Of a stretch of 64,000 bases of DNA, positions 28,699-37,417 are shown piece after piece. Under the pieces are notes generated by a model. It searched no databases and was not told where the DNA came from. It saw only the letters and a list, made by a program, of their open reading frames with translations. Position 1 is the first letter of the stretch. Every line of letters begins with the position of its first letter. Source of the stretch: Halanaerobiales bacterium. GTDB taxonomy: Bacteria; Bacillota; Halanaerobiia; Halanaerobiales; M55B127. Position numbers and translations under genes: made by a program. The stretch spans positions 7,795 through 71,794 of the forward strand of contig JAGYMU010000002.1 in the NCBI GenBank assembly GCA_018399995.1, in the 5' to 3' direction.

Positions 28699-30531
28699 TT
28701 AAAAGTTGATATCAATAGAGAAATTGTAGGCCATCTTATTTGTATTCTTATCATAAGCAGCGCTCAAATCTAAATTTAAGGGATTTAAACCCATCAAAGA
28801 AGATACCATGTTCATATTAAGCCCGATTGCTGAATTCAGATCATCTGTGTGTTCTATATCAACAAACAGGGCAGGGTTTATTTCTTCTAAGGCAAAGAAG
28901 TACAAAAATTCAGGTGATTGATAAAAAGGAATATTATAGACAATGGAAGTGGATAAAGCTGTTTTGTCTTTTTTATTTTTATCATTACCTCTATAAATAT
29001 CAGGGTTGCCTAACAAGTTGGTATTTGAATATACAAACTTATTAACAGAAGTCCATCTTTGGTTTATATGGTAATCAACCTGACTTAAGTTTATCAATTG
29101 AGGCTTTTTCTTCATATTCAAAAGAATATCTGTATTATTTTTAAAATCAAATTTTCCACCTGATAATTTAATATTATTATTTAGATAATAGTAATTTTCA
29201 TTATCTAAATTGGCCAGGCCAATTGAATAGGAGGAGTTATTATTAAAATACTTCAATTCTCCTATGTAATCTATGGTATTTGCCTGGGTATTATTTTTTA
29301 ATTTAGCAACGAGATCAATATTATCTGTTATTTTTTTATATCTGAGCATTAATTCAGTATGCTTATCTTTTTCAACATTAAAAAGTGCCTTTATATCAAA
29401 ATGTGACTTTTCAAAGTAAAATCCAAAATGAGGGCTGTAAATCGGTTTTTTAAATAGTTCTTGTGTAAAAAAAGATTGATTATTAAAATAGTAAAGCAAA
29501 TAGTGGAAATATGTATCTGAATATATAATACGATCATAAAGGATATCGGTATATAGTTTTTTATAATAATCTTGACTAATATCAACAAGTTCGGGTTGTT
29601 TACTTTTATGATTCTTATCTTCTAAAAGCTGCTGAATTTCAGGTAGCATAGCCTGTGTGTTTTGATAACCTATTTCTATAAATTTATCGATTAGATCAAA
29701 ATCTTTAAAACTATAACGTCCAACATCATTTTCTATAATTATATCAGAATACTTCTCTAAAATTGGTCTAGCATTTTTCTTTTGAACTAATAAAAGCATT
29801 TTTGATAAAGACTGAAGAGGGTATTTATAACTTTTATAAGGCAAATCATTGAATGCAGTAGTTGCGATCACAATGTCTGCATCTAAGGCCCTGGCCGCTT
29901 TTGAAGGGACCATTTCAACTGTACCAGGATCTATTAAATAACGGTCCTTATTTTCTGTTATAGGGTAATAAAAGGGTATGGAGTATGTACTTTGTAATAC
30001 TTCAGAAATTTTACCCTCACTCATAATATATTTGTTTCCATTATCCAGATCATAAGTAAGTAAACCTGTTTTAATAGGAAAATCTTTTAGATCTTTATTT
30101 GGAGATAATTTTTCTATAATTTGATTTAATTTTCTGGTTCTAAATATAGAGTAAATAGGAATTAGATTTATATCAAAAAGTGATCCGTAAGGCAAAGAGG
30201 ATGTTATCTCATGCATGCTTTCAGCCGTCATCCCACTTCCATAAAGAGCACTTATGATTCCTCCCATACTGGATCCAATAACTATATCAGGATATATACC
30301 GACTTCATTTAGGGCCTTAATAACACCTATATTTACAAAGGCTCTGGCACCACCACCACTTAAGGCTAGAGCCAATTTAGGAGAGTCTAAATCTTCGAAT
30401 TCAGAGTAGTTTTCAATAATATAGATTTCATCATCATATTCAATTGGTGATGTTTGTATATTGGCCTTTACCTTAGAGCCTGATAAGATTAAAATAACGA
30501 GTAATAAAACTATTAATTTATTATTTTTCAA
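28699..30531 (-). CDS. Secreted patatin-like phospholipase with C-terminal beta-barrel-like domain (possible type Vd / PlpD-like autotransporter)
   Basis: The track ORF runs to 30630. I prefer TTG 30531, 9 nt after AAGGAGA, which gives the signal-peptide-like MKNNKLIVLLLVILILSGSKVKA. Oxyanion GGGARAF. Lipase GSSMG, with the Ser codon at 30268-30270. DPG in place of the usual DGG/DGA. The Asn/Tyr-rich C-terminal roughly 270 aa have alternating hydrophobicity and end in YNFSIDINF. Confidence 0.75.
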   Translation of the reverse strand: MKNNKLIVLLLVILILSGSKVKANIQTSPIEYDDEIYIIENYSEFEDLDSPKLALALSGGGARAFVNIGVIKALNEVGIYPDIVIGSSMGGIISALYGSGMTAESMHEITSSLPYGSLFDINLIPIYSIFRTRKLNQIIEKLSPNKDLKDFPIKTGLLTYDLDNGNKYIMSEGKISEVLQSTYSIPFYYPITENKDRYLIDPGTVEMVPSKAARALDADIVIATTAFNDLPYKSYKYPLQSLSKMLLLVQKKNARPILEKYSDIIIENDVGRYSFKDFDLIDKFIEIGYQNTQAMLPEIQQLLEDKNHKSKQPELVDISQDYYKKLYTDILYDRIIYSDTYFHYLLYYFNNQSFFTQELFKKPIYSPHFGFYFEKSHFDIKALFNVEKDKHTELMLRYKKITDNIDLVAKLKNNTQANTIDYIGELKYFNNNSSYSIGLANLDNENYYYLNNNIKLSGGKFDFKNNTDILLNMKKKPQLINLSQVDYHINQRWTSVNKFVYSNTNLLGNPDIYRGNDKNKKDKTALSTSIVYNIPFYQSPEFLYFFALEEINPALFVDIEHTDDLNSAIGLNMNMVSSLMGLNPLNLDLSAAYDKNTNKMAYNFSIDINF

Positions 30532-32257
30532 TTTTTTCAATCTCCTTATTTTGGGCTGGATCAACATATACTGTGCTGTAATTATCATAGTAAACCAATC
30601 CCGGTTTAGCTCCTTTTGGTTTATTAACATTTTCCACCGGGGTGTAATCTACTGGGACATTATTAGATTGTTTTGCTTTACTAAAATATGCGGCCAATCT
30701 AGCTGCTTCTATAATTGTATTTTTTGGTACTTTGTCATTGGTATGGTTTCTTATAATAACATGAGATCCAGCAATTTTTTTGGTATGTAGCCAGATATCT
30801 CCTTTATTGGCTACATACTTAGTTAATTTGTCATTCTGTTTATTATTCCTGCCTATGAGGATTTGATAACTATCACTGCTTACATATTTATAAGGTTTAA
30901 TTTTATTATTTGGTTTGCTTTTTTTCTTTTGTTTTTTCTTTATATATCCCTCTTCTCTTAATTCATTTTCTATTTCTTTTAATTCATCTAAAATATTGGA
31001 ATCTTCAATATTAAAAAGGACCTGTCCTAAATATTTTTCTTCATGTCTTAATTTACCAATCTGTCTTTTTAAATGTTTTAAGCTTTTTTTAGCTTTTTTG
31101 TATTTTTTGAAGTATCTTTTTGCATTTTGTATGGGTGTTTTTTTAGGATCTAGACTGATATTGACTGTTTCATGCTTAGAATCATAGTAATTTGTCAACT
31201 CAATTTCATTATCACCTTTGTTTATTTGATGTAGATTTGCTTTTATTAACTCACCTTTTTGTTTAAAGCTTTCATAATTTTTATTAACCTTCAACTCTGC
31301 CTTAAATTCATCTTGTTTTTTTAGGTTCTTTTTTAAAAAGTTGTTGGCTATTGCTTTTAATTGTTTTTTGTTTTCCCTGAGAGCGATGTCTTTTAGATGA
31401 TATTCATAATAATAATCAAATAGCTGATCGGTATCTAAAAAACTTATCGTTTTATCTATATTTTTTTTGTAACTCAGGTTGAAGGCAGAATAATATTCTA
31501 TCTTATTATCTGTCAGTCCGATTGTAGGGTTGTAATTGTTGTTTTTGATTTCAGTAAATATTTTATTAAAACTTTCATAGAGGTTATTTTGTTTTTCACT
31601 GTTCAGATCATTATATTTGTCACTATAATTTAGATTAGCTCTATTAGCAATTTCCTTACTTGAAGCTGGCCCGATTCCTCTAAAGTTAAACATGACTGCT
31701 TGATATACTTTTTTAGAAAAATCGGCAGGAATCTTTTTAAAAAAATCCTCTCTGCTTACTTTTAAGGGATTTAACTTATCCTGGCCGGGAGGGAATTTAT
31801 ACTGGCTGCCGGGATATATTTTTCTTTTTTCATTATCAAGCCGCTTAATGGAATCCAGAATCAAATCACTTTGATCGATTAAAATCATATTGTTGTATCT
31901 ACCCATTATTTCAATAAATATGTAATATATTTTATTATAACTTTCTACTTTGATTTTTAAAATACGTTCGAAAGCAGGCTGACTTATATTTTTTATAACA
32001 CCCCTGATCAGGTATTTTCGCAGCAGCATACAGAAATCGGGTGGAAACTCTGGATTGTCAAAATCAAATTTTGTAATTTGAATTCTTGCTTTTCTGGGGT
32101 CAGTGTTGATTAATAACCTGTAATTTTGATTATTATTTCTAATCGTCATCGTAATAGTTTTTTGATTTATTTGATAGATTTTATCGATTCTACCACCAAC
32201 TAATTTTTGTGTAAGACTACTGTTTATTGCTGAAAGTAATATCCCATCTATAGACAT
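30521..32257 (-). CDS. rqcH: Ribosome quality-control protein RqcH (NFACT family; fibronectin-binding protein A N-terminal domain plus DUF814)
   Basis: 578-aa ORF. RBS AGGAGG. N-terminal MSIDGILLSAI...LVGGRIDKIYQ pattern, central coiled coil, and a C-terminal NFACT-R segment (WLHTKKIAGSHVII). Confidence 0.85.
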   Translation of the reverse strand: MSIDGILLSAINSSLTQKLVGGRIDKIYQINQKTITMTIRNNNQNYRLLINTDPRKARIQITKFDFDNPEFPPDFCMLLRKYLIRGVIKNISQPAFERILKIKVESYNKIYYIFIEIMGRYNNMILIDQSDLILDSIKRLDNEKRKIYPGSQYKFPPGQDKLNPLKVSREDFFKKIPADFSKKVYQAVMFNFRGIGPASSKEIANRANLNYSDKYNDLNSEKQNNLYESFNKIFTEIKNNNYNPTIGLTDNKIEYYSAFNLSYKKNIDKTISFLDTDQLFDYYYEYHLKDIALRENKKQLKAIANNFLKKNLKKQDEFKAELKVNKNYESFKQKGELIKANLHQINKGDNEIELTNYYDSKHETVNISLDPKKTPIQNAKRYFKKYKKAKKSLKHLKRQIGKLRHEEKYLGQVLFNIEDSNILDELKEIENELREEGYIKKKQKKKSKPNNKIKPYKYVSSDSYQILIGRNNKQNDKLTKYVANKGDIWLHTKKIAGSHVIIRNHTNDKVPKNTIIEAARLAAYFSKAKQSNNVPVDYTPVENVNKPKGAKPGLVYYDNYSTVYVDPAQNKEIEKIEK

Positions 32258-32379
32258 AAATATATTCCTCCTGATCCTATATATTTCATTTGTTTACTAT
32301 ATTTATAGTATAAATTATAATAGTTATTTAGTCAAAATTATTAATCAGGGATCCCAAGATAAAAGAGGGCCCATTTTCC

Positions 32380-32408
32380 TTGTTAAATTAATGATTATAT
32401 GATATTAT
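32380..32408 (+). promoter_or_regulatory. Sigma-A-like promoter upstream of remA (TTGTTA, 17-nt spacer, TATTAT)
   Basis: -35 TTGTTA at 32380-32385, 17-nt spacer, -10 TATTAT at 32403-32408. Confidence 0.4.
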
Positions 32409-32464
32409 AAGAAAAAATATAAAAATGATTTTTATGCATAGAAAGTGGAATGAGGAGGGTTTAT

Positions 32465-32725
32465 ATGAAAGTCAATCTAATAAATATAGGGTTCGGTAAT
32501 ATTGTAGCTGCAAATCGAGTAATTGCAGTTGTAAGTCCGGAATCTGCTCCTATAAAAAGAATTATTCAAGAAGCCAGAGAGAGCGGCATGTTAATAGATG
32601 CAACATATGGGCGTCGCACGAGAGCGGTAATCATTACTGATAGTGATCATGTTATATTATCTGCTATCCAGCCTGAAACCGTTTCACACCGCATGGATAA
32701 TCAGCAAGAAGAGAGTGAAGAATAA
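32465..32725 (+). CDS. remA: Extracellular matrix/biofilm regulator RemA (DUF370, YlzA)
   Basis: The track ORF starts at 32450. I use ATG 32465, 6 nt after [40 protein letters not shown] is characteristic of RemA. Upstream of gmk, as in Bacillus. Confidence 0.88.
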   Translation: MKVNLINIGFGNIVAANRVIAVVSPESAPIKRIIQEARESGMLIDATYGRRTRAVIITDSDHVILSAIQPETVSHRMDNQQEESEE

Positions 32726-32745
32726 ACAATGGGATGTGATTGGAT

Positions 32746-33318
32746 ATGGCAAGAGGAATTCTATTCGTTCTTTCAGGACCTTCTGGGGTTGGTAAAGGAA
32801 CTATTTTAGACAGATTAATGGATGATTATAACGGTATTAATTATTCTATTTCTGTTACCACCAGAAAACCACGCAAAGATGAAAAAGATGGTATAGATTA
32901 TTTCTTTGTGAGCATTGAAAAGTTTCAAGAGATGAAAAAGGAAAATCAATTTTTGGAAACAGCCTGTGTGCATGGAAATTATTACGGTACTCCCCAAAAA
33001 TATGTTGAACAATGTTTATCAAAAGGTGAAGACATCATATTGGAAATTGATATTCAGGGAGCTAAACAGATCAAAGAAAAATTTAAAGATGCAGTTTACA
33101 TATTTTTATTACCTCCGAATAATAAAGAACTAAAAAACAGACTTGAGAAGAGAAATTCTGAAACTGAAGAGAGTTTAAAGAGAAGGCTTAAAAATGCTGA
33201 TCAAGAAATAAGTGAAGTTAATAATTATGATTACCGTATAGTGAATGATCAAATAGAAAAAACGGTGCACGCAATTAAAGAGGTTATTAAAAAGGAGCGT
33301 TCATTAAGAAAGGAGTGA
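32746..33318 (+). CDS. gmk: Guanylate kinase
   Basis: P-loop SGPSGVGKGT. Either ATG 32746 or TTG 32740 is possible as the start. Position after remA. Confidence 0.92.
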   Translation: MARGILFVLSGPSGVGKGTILDRLMDDYNGINYSISVTTRKPRKDEKDGIDYFFVSIEKFQEMKKENQFLETACVHGNYYGTPQKYVEQCLSKGEDIILEIDIQGAKQIKEKFKDAVYIFLLPPNNKELKNRLEKRNSETEESLKRRLKNADQEISEVNNYDYRIVNDQIEKTVHAIKEVIKKERSLRKE

Positions 33319-33327
33319 TATTTAACT

Positions 33328-34503
33328 TTGGATAAAAAAAACATTTTACTCGGGGTGACAGGGGGAATTGCTGCTTATAAGATGGTTAATGTAGCAAGCG
33401 GTTTAACAAAAAAAGGTCATGAAGTTCATGTTATCATGACTGATTCAGCCCAAGAGTTTATTTCCCCTATTAGCTTTAAAACAATCACAGGTTTTGTTGT
33501 GGAAAGTGATTTATTTGAGCATAATAAAGACCAAGAAGTTAAACACATTACATTGGCCGACAATGCTGATCTGATGCTTATAGGTCCAGCAACAGCTAAT
33601 ATAATTGGTAAAGTTGCTAACGGAATAGCTGATGATTTACTATCAACCATTGTTACAGCTGTTAGGTCACCTGTTATTATCGCGCCTTCCATGAATGTAA
33701 ATATGTTTAATAATCCAATTGTACAGGATAATATCAATTATCTTAAACAAAAGGGCTATGATATGATAAGCCCGGCTGAAGGTAGGTTAGCTTGTGGATA
33801 TGAAGGTAAGGGACGTTTACCAGAACCAGAAATACTTATAGATTACGTATTGAAAAAACTGACCGAAAAAGATCTGGCTGATAAAAAAATATTAGTAACA
33901 GCTGGTCCTACCCAAGAAAGAATTGACCCTGTTCGATATATAACTAATAAATCAAGCGGTAAGATGGGTTATGCCCTTGCCAAAAGAGCTGTTTACAGGG
34001 GCGCAAAAGTTAAACTGATTTCTGGGCCAACAACTCTATCCATGCCCCTTGGAGTAGATTTTGAAAGAGTAGAGACTGCACTTGATTTATATAATAGTGT
34101 GATGAACTGTTTTAAAGATTTTGATATTGTTGTAATGGCAGCAGCTGTGGCTGATTTTACTCCTAAAGATTATGCGGAAGATAAGCTTAAAAAAGACAAT
34201 CAAGACAATTTCACTTTGAATTTAAAAAGAACTAATGATGTTATCAAAGAGGTTGTTAAAAATAAAAATAAAGAGCAAGTAGTGGTTGGATTTGCTGCAG
34301 AAAGTAAAGATTTAATTGTAAATGCTGAGAAAAAACTTATTAATAAAGGATTAGATATGATTGTTGCAAATGATATAAAAAACAAGAAAATATTTAATAA
34401 AGATGAAAGTGAAGTTGTAGTCATCACAAGAGAGCAAAAAATAGACATATCCAGATCAGCTAAAGAAAATATTGCTGATAGGATATATGATATGCTTAAA
34501 TAA
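33328..34503 (+). CDS. coaBC: Bifunctional phosphopantothenoylcysteine decarboxylase / phosphopantothenate--cysteine ligase
   Basis: 391-aa ORF with a TTG start after AAGGAG. N-terminal flavoprotein domain (GVTGGIAAYK, PAMN-like PSMN) and a C-terminal DFP domain (TAGPTQERIDPVRYITNKSSGKMG). Confidence 0.92.
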   Translation: MDKKNILLGVTGGIAAYKMVNVASGLTKKGHEVHVIMTDSAQEFISPISFKTITGFVVESDLFEHNKDQEVKHITLADNADLMLIGPATANIIGKVANGIADDLLSTIVTAVRSPVIIAPSMNVNMFNNPIVQDNINYLKQKGYDMISPAEGRLACGYEGKGRLPEPEILIDYVLKKLTEKDLADKKILVTAGPTQERIDPVRYITNKSSGKMGYALAKRAVYRGAKVKLISGPTTLSMPLGVDFERVETALDLYNSVMNCFKDFDIVVMAAAVADFTPKDYAEDKLKKDNQDNFTLNLKRTNDVIKEVVKNKNKEQVVVGFAAESKDLIVNAEKKLINKGLDMIVANDIKNKKIFNKDESEVVVITREQKIDISRSAKENIADRIYDMLK

Positions 34504-34516
34504 ACAGTCATTTTTT

Positions 34517-34544
34517 GCCGCTTTCAGGGCGGTCTTATTTTTTT
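34517..34544 (+). terminator. Weak rho-independent terminator after coaBC
   Basis: 5-bp stem GCCGC/GCGGT (one G-U pair) with a 7-nt loop, followed by CTTATTTTTTT. Confidence 0.4.
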
Positions 34545-34611
34545 GCAGGATATTAACAGTACTTAATTAATAATATAGTATAGATATAAATTTTGGAAAG
34601 GAGATATTTAA

Positions 34612-36000
34612 ATGCTAAGTAAAAGTCTACTAGAAAATATTATAGACACAGCCCTTTCAAAAGGTGGTGATTTTGTAGAAATATTTGTTGAAGACAAGAT
34701 AACCAATTCTATTAACCTTATCAATGGTAAAATAGATAGTGCCAATACCGGTAATGATTATGGAGTAGGAATTCGTGTTATTAAAGATACTAATGAGATA
34801 TATGTATATACAAATGATGATCAAAAAGACAACCTGCTAAAACTGGCTAAAAAGGCAGCCGGGATGTTTAAGAAAGCCGATTTAAAAAGTAATAAGTTGC
34901 AGTTTGCTGATTATGACAATCTGCATCCAGTAAAAATCTATCCAGCTGATCTCAACCAGACTGAAAAAGTAGAATTCATCAGACGTGCCTATTTAACAGC
35001 AGATCAATATGACGAACTAATAACCCAGGTGGTGGTTGGTCTTTCTGATTATACACAAAATGTTCAGATTGCCAATTCAAATGGTGTATTTGCTGAGGAT
35101 GAAAGAAGTAGAGTTAGATTGGGTATTCAGGCAGTAGCCAGCCTTGAAGGTGAGAAACAGACCGGTTTTCAGGGTCCTGGTGCACATATGGGATTTGAAC
35201 TTTTTGATCAGATTGACATAACAAAAAGAGCAGAAGATGCAGCCAGAATGGCCGTAACAATGATAAAAGCAGGACATGCTCCTCAGGGTAAAATGCCTGT
35301 TATAATTGATAATAAATTTGGGGGAGTTATATTCCATGAAGCATGTGGACATGGATTAGAAGCTACCTCAGTTGCCAAAAATAATTCTGTTTTTTCCAAT
35401 AAATTAAAAGAGAAGATTGCCAGCGAAAAAGTGACAGCTATTGATGATGGAACCATTCCTCATCAATGGGGCTCACAGAATTTCGATGACGAAGGACATA
35501 AAACACAGCGTAATGTGTTAATTGAAAAAGGTGTATTGAAAAATTATATGATTGATTTCATAAATGGACGCAGATTAAATATGAAGAGCACAGGTTCAGG
35601 TAGAAGGGAATCTTACCGTTATGCTCCCACTTCCAGAATGACAAATACCTTTATTGATAACGGAGAGTGCAGCAGGGAGGAAATAATAGCTGCAACCGAA
35701 TTCGGTCTTTATGCCAAACACATGGGAGGCGGCTCTGTCAATCCTGCTACCGGTGATTTTAACTTCAATGTACGGGAAGGCTATATTATCAAAAACGGTC
35801 AGATTGAAAAACCAGTCCGGGGAGCTACTTTAATAGGCAAGGGTGCTGATATTTTAAAAAAGATTGACATGGTAGCCAATAACCTTGATTTAGCTGAAGG
35901 TATGTGTGGTTCAATAAGTGGTAGTGTTCCAGCTGGAGTAGGCCAGCCCACTTTAAGGGTCTCAGAACTGACAGTTGGGGGAAGAGGTGAAAAAGAGTAA
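34612..36000 (+). CDS. tldD: Metalloprotease TldD
   Basis: 462-aa ORF. RBS AAAGGAG. HEACGHGLE zinc motif. Paired with a downstream PmbA-like gene. Confidence 0.88.
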   Translation: MLSKSLLENIIDTALSKGGDFVEIFVEDKITNSINLINGKIDSANTGNDYGVGIRVIKDTNEIYVYTNDDQKDNLLKLAKKAAGMFKKADLKSNKLQFADYDNLHPVKIYPADLNQTEKVEFIRRAYLTADQYDELITQVVVGLSDYTQNVQIANSNGVFAEDERSRVRLGIQAVASLEGEKQTGFQGPGAHMGFELFDQIDITKRAEDAARMAVTMIKAGHAPQGKMPVIIDNKFGGVIFHEACGHGLEATSVAKNNSVFSNKLKEKIASEKVTAIDDGTIPHQWGSQNFDDEGHKTQRNVLIEKGVLKNYMIDFINGRRLNMKSTGSGRRESYRYAPTSRMTNTFIDNGECSREEIIAATEFGLYAKHMGGGSVNPATGDFNFNVREGYIIKNGQIEKPVRGATLIGKGADILKKIDMVANNLDLAEGMCGSISGSVPAGVGQPTLRVSELTVGGRGEKE

Positions 36001-37346
36001 TGAATTTAGATAATTTTATAAAAAATATGCTCAAAAAAGCAGAGGATAAAAAATTTTCAGAGAGTGAGATTTATTTAAATAAATCACAAAATTTTGAAGT
36101 GAGATTATATCAGGGTGAAGTTGATTATTATGAAGAAAATGAAGAGTACGGTTTGGCTTTTAGGGGTGAGATTAATAACAAGATGGGTTATTCTTATACC
36201 GAAAAGTTTTCTGATGCTCTTATAGATGATATTTTGACAAGGGCTGAAAATAATGCTGATATAATGGATGAAGAAGAAGAAAAAATATTTTCTGGTTCAA
36301 AAAGTTATAAAAAATTGTCTGAAACGAAAGGAATTTATAGTTTAGATAGAACAAAAAAAATAGATTTGTTAAAGAAATTAGAAAAAAAGATTTTTGAGTA
36401 TGATGATCGGGTAAGAAGTATTAACTACTGCATATATGCTGATGAGAAGTCGGGTGAAGAGATAGTAAATAGTAAAGACCTAGATTTAAATTTCAAAAAT
36501 GATATTTCATATATATATATATCTGTAGTAGTGGAAGATAAGGGTGAAGTTCATACCTCTTCTCATTATAAGTTATTTAGGGACCTTAATGAAGTTGATA
36601 CTGATCAATTTGTAAAAAAAATAATTGAAGATGCTATCAGACAGTTTGGAGCAGATGATATTAAATCAGGTCAATACCCCGTGATTTTAAGAAATGAAGT
36701 TTTTATTGATATGCTTTCCACTTTTAGTTCAACTTTTTCGGCGGAAAATGTGCAAAAAGGGCTTTCCTTATTTGAAGGAAAACTGAATGAACAAGTAGCA
36801 AATCAAGTGGTAAATATTGTTGATGATCCTTTTTATGCAAACGGGTATCGAAGAACTCCCTTTGATTCTGAAGGGGCAGCTTCTAAATATAAAGAAGTTA
36901 TAAAAGAAGGGAAGCTGACCACCTATCTTCATAACTTAAAAACCGCTAAAAAAAGTTCTGTACAAACAACCGGTAATGCCTATCGATCTAATCATAAAAG
37001 CAAAATCAGTATTTCGCCAACAAATATGTATTTAAAAAAAGGAGAGGCTGATTTTACAAAATTAAAAAATCAAGTAGAAAAAGGACTGCTGATTGAAAAT
37101 GTTCAAGGGCTACACTCAGGTGCAAATCAAGTATCTGGTGATTTTTCACTTTCAGCTCGAGGATTTTTTATAGAAAATGGAGATATTGCAAAACCTGTTG
37201 AACAGATTACTATATCAGGTAACTTCTTAAAATTACTAAAGGATATTACCTTAATTGGTAGTGATTTCAAGATGGGACTACCAGGTAGTGGACATTTTGG
37301 GTCTGCTTCAATATTAGTAAACAATCTTGATATTTCTGGGTCATAG
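36000..37346 (+). CDS. pmbA: Metalloprotease PmbA/TldE
   Basis: 448-aa ORF. The start overlaps the tldD stop (TAATG). TldD/PmbA-family C-terminal pattern (GLHSGANQVSGDFSL...GF). Confidence 0.85.
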   Translation: MNLDNFIKNMLKKAEDKKFSESEIYLNKSQNFEVRLYQGEVDYYEENEEYGLAFRGEINNKMGYSYTEKFSDALIDDILTRAENNADIMDEEEEKIFSGSKSYKKLSETKGIYSLDRTKKIDLLKKLEKKIFEYDDRVRSINYCIYADEKSGEEIVNSKDLDLNFKNDISYIYISVVVEDKGEVHTSSHYKLFRDLNEVDTDQFVKKIIEDAIRQFGADDIKSGQYPVILRNEVFIDMLSTFSSTFSAENVQKGLSLFEGKLNEQVANQVVNIVDDPFYANGYRRTPFDSEGAASKYKEVIKEGKLTTYLHNLKTAKKSSVQTTGNAYRSNHKSKISISPTNMYLKKGEADFTKLKNQVEKGLLIENVQGLHSGANQVSGDFSLSARGFFIENGDIAKPVEQITISGNFLKLLKDITLIGSDFKMGLPGSGHFGSASILVNNLDISGS

Positions 37347-37351
37347 TCAGA

Positions 37352-37380
37352 TTGACACAATAATATCAATATGCTAAACT
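37352..37380 (+). promoter_or_regulatory. Near-consensus sigma-A promoter of metK (TTGACA, 17-nt spacer, TAAACT)
   Basis: -35 TTGACA at 37352-37357, 17-nt spacer, -10 TAAACT at 37375-37380. Only about 37 nt separate the -10 from the ATG. Confidence 0.6.
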
Positions 37381-37417
37381 TGAATTATTAATAACATATA
37401 TAATTGAGGGTGGTAAA

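Noticed and set aside
30532-30630. 33-codon N-terminal extension of the patatin ORF (ATG at 30630, 30588 or 30567).
   Set aside because: The region lies inside the rqcH coding sequence with no RBS before those ATGs. TTG 30531 has AAGGAGA at 9-nt spacing and yields a clean signal peptide. The call is not certain.
30461-30790. 109-aa plus-strand ORF spanning the rqcH/patatin junction. Similar cases are 28827-29045, 29391-29588 and 30915-31187.
   Set aside because: Antisense to two well-supported minus-strand genes. The translation is hydrophobic and low-complexity, and there is no RBS.
33426-33737. 103-aa antisense ORFs inside coaBC (also 34200-34511). Comparable ones lie inside tldD, pmbA, metK, priA, rpe, recG, pta and ackA.
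   Set aside because: Shadow ORFs of highly conserved sense genes. None has a plausible RBS or a recognisable motif.
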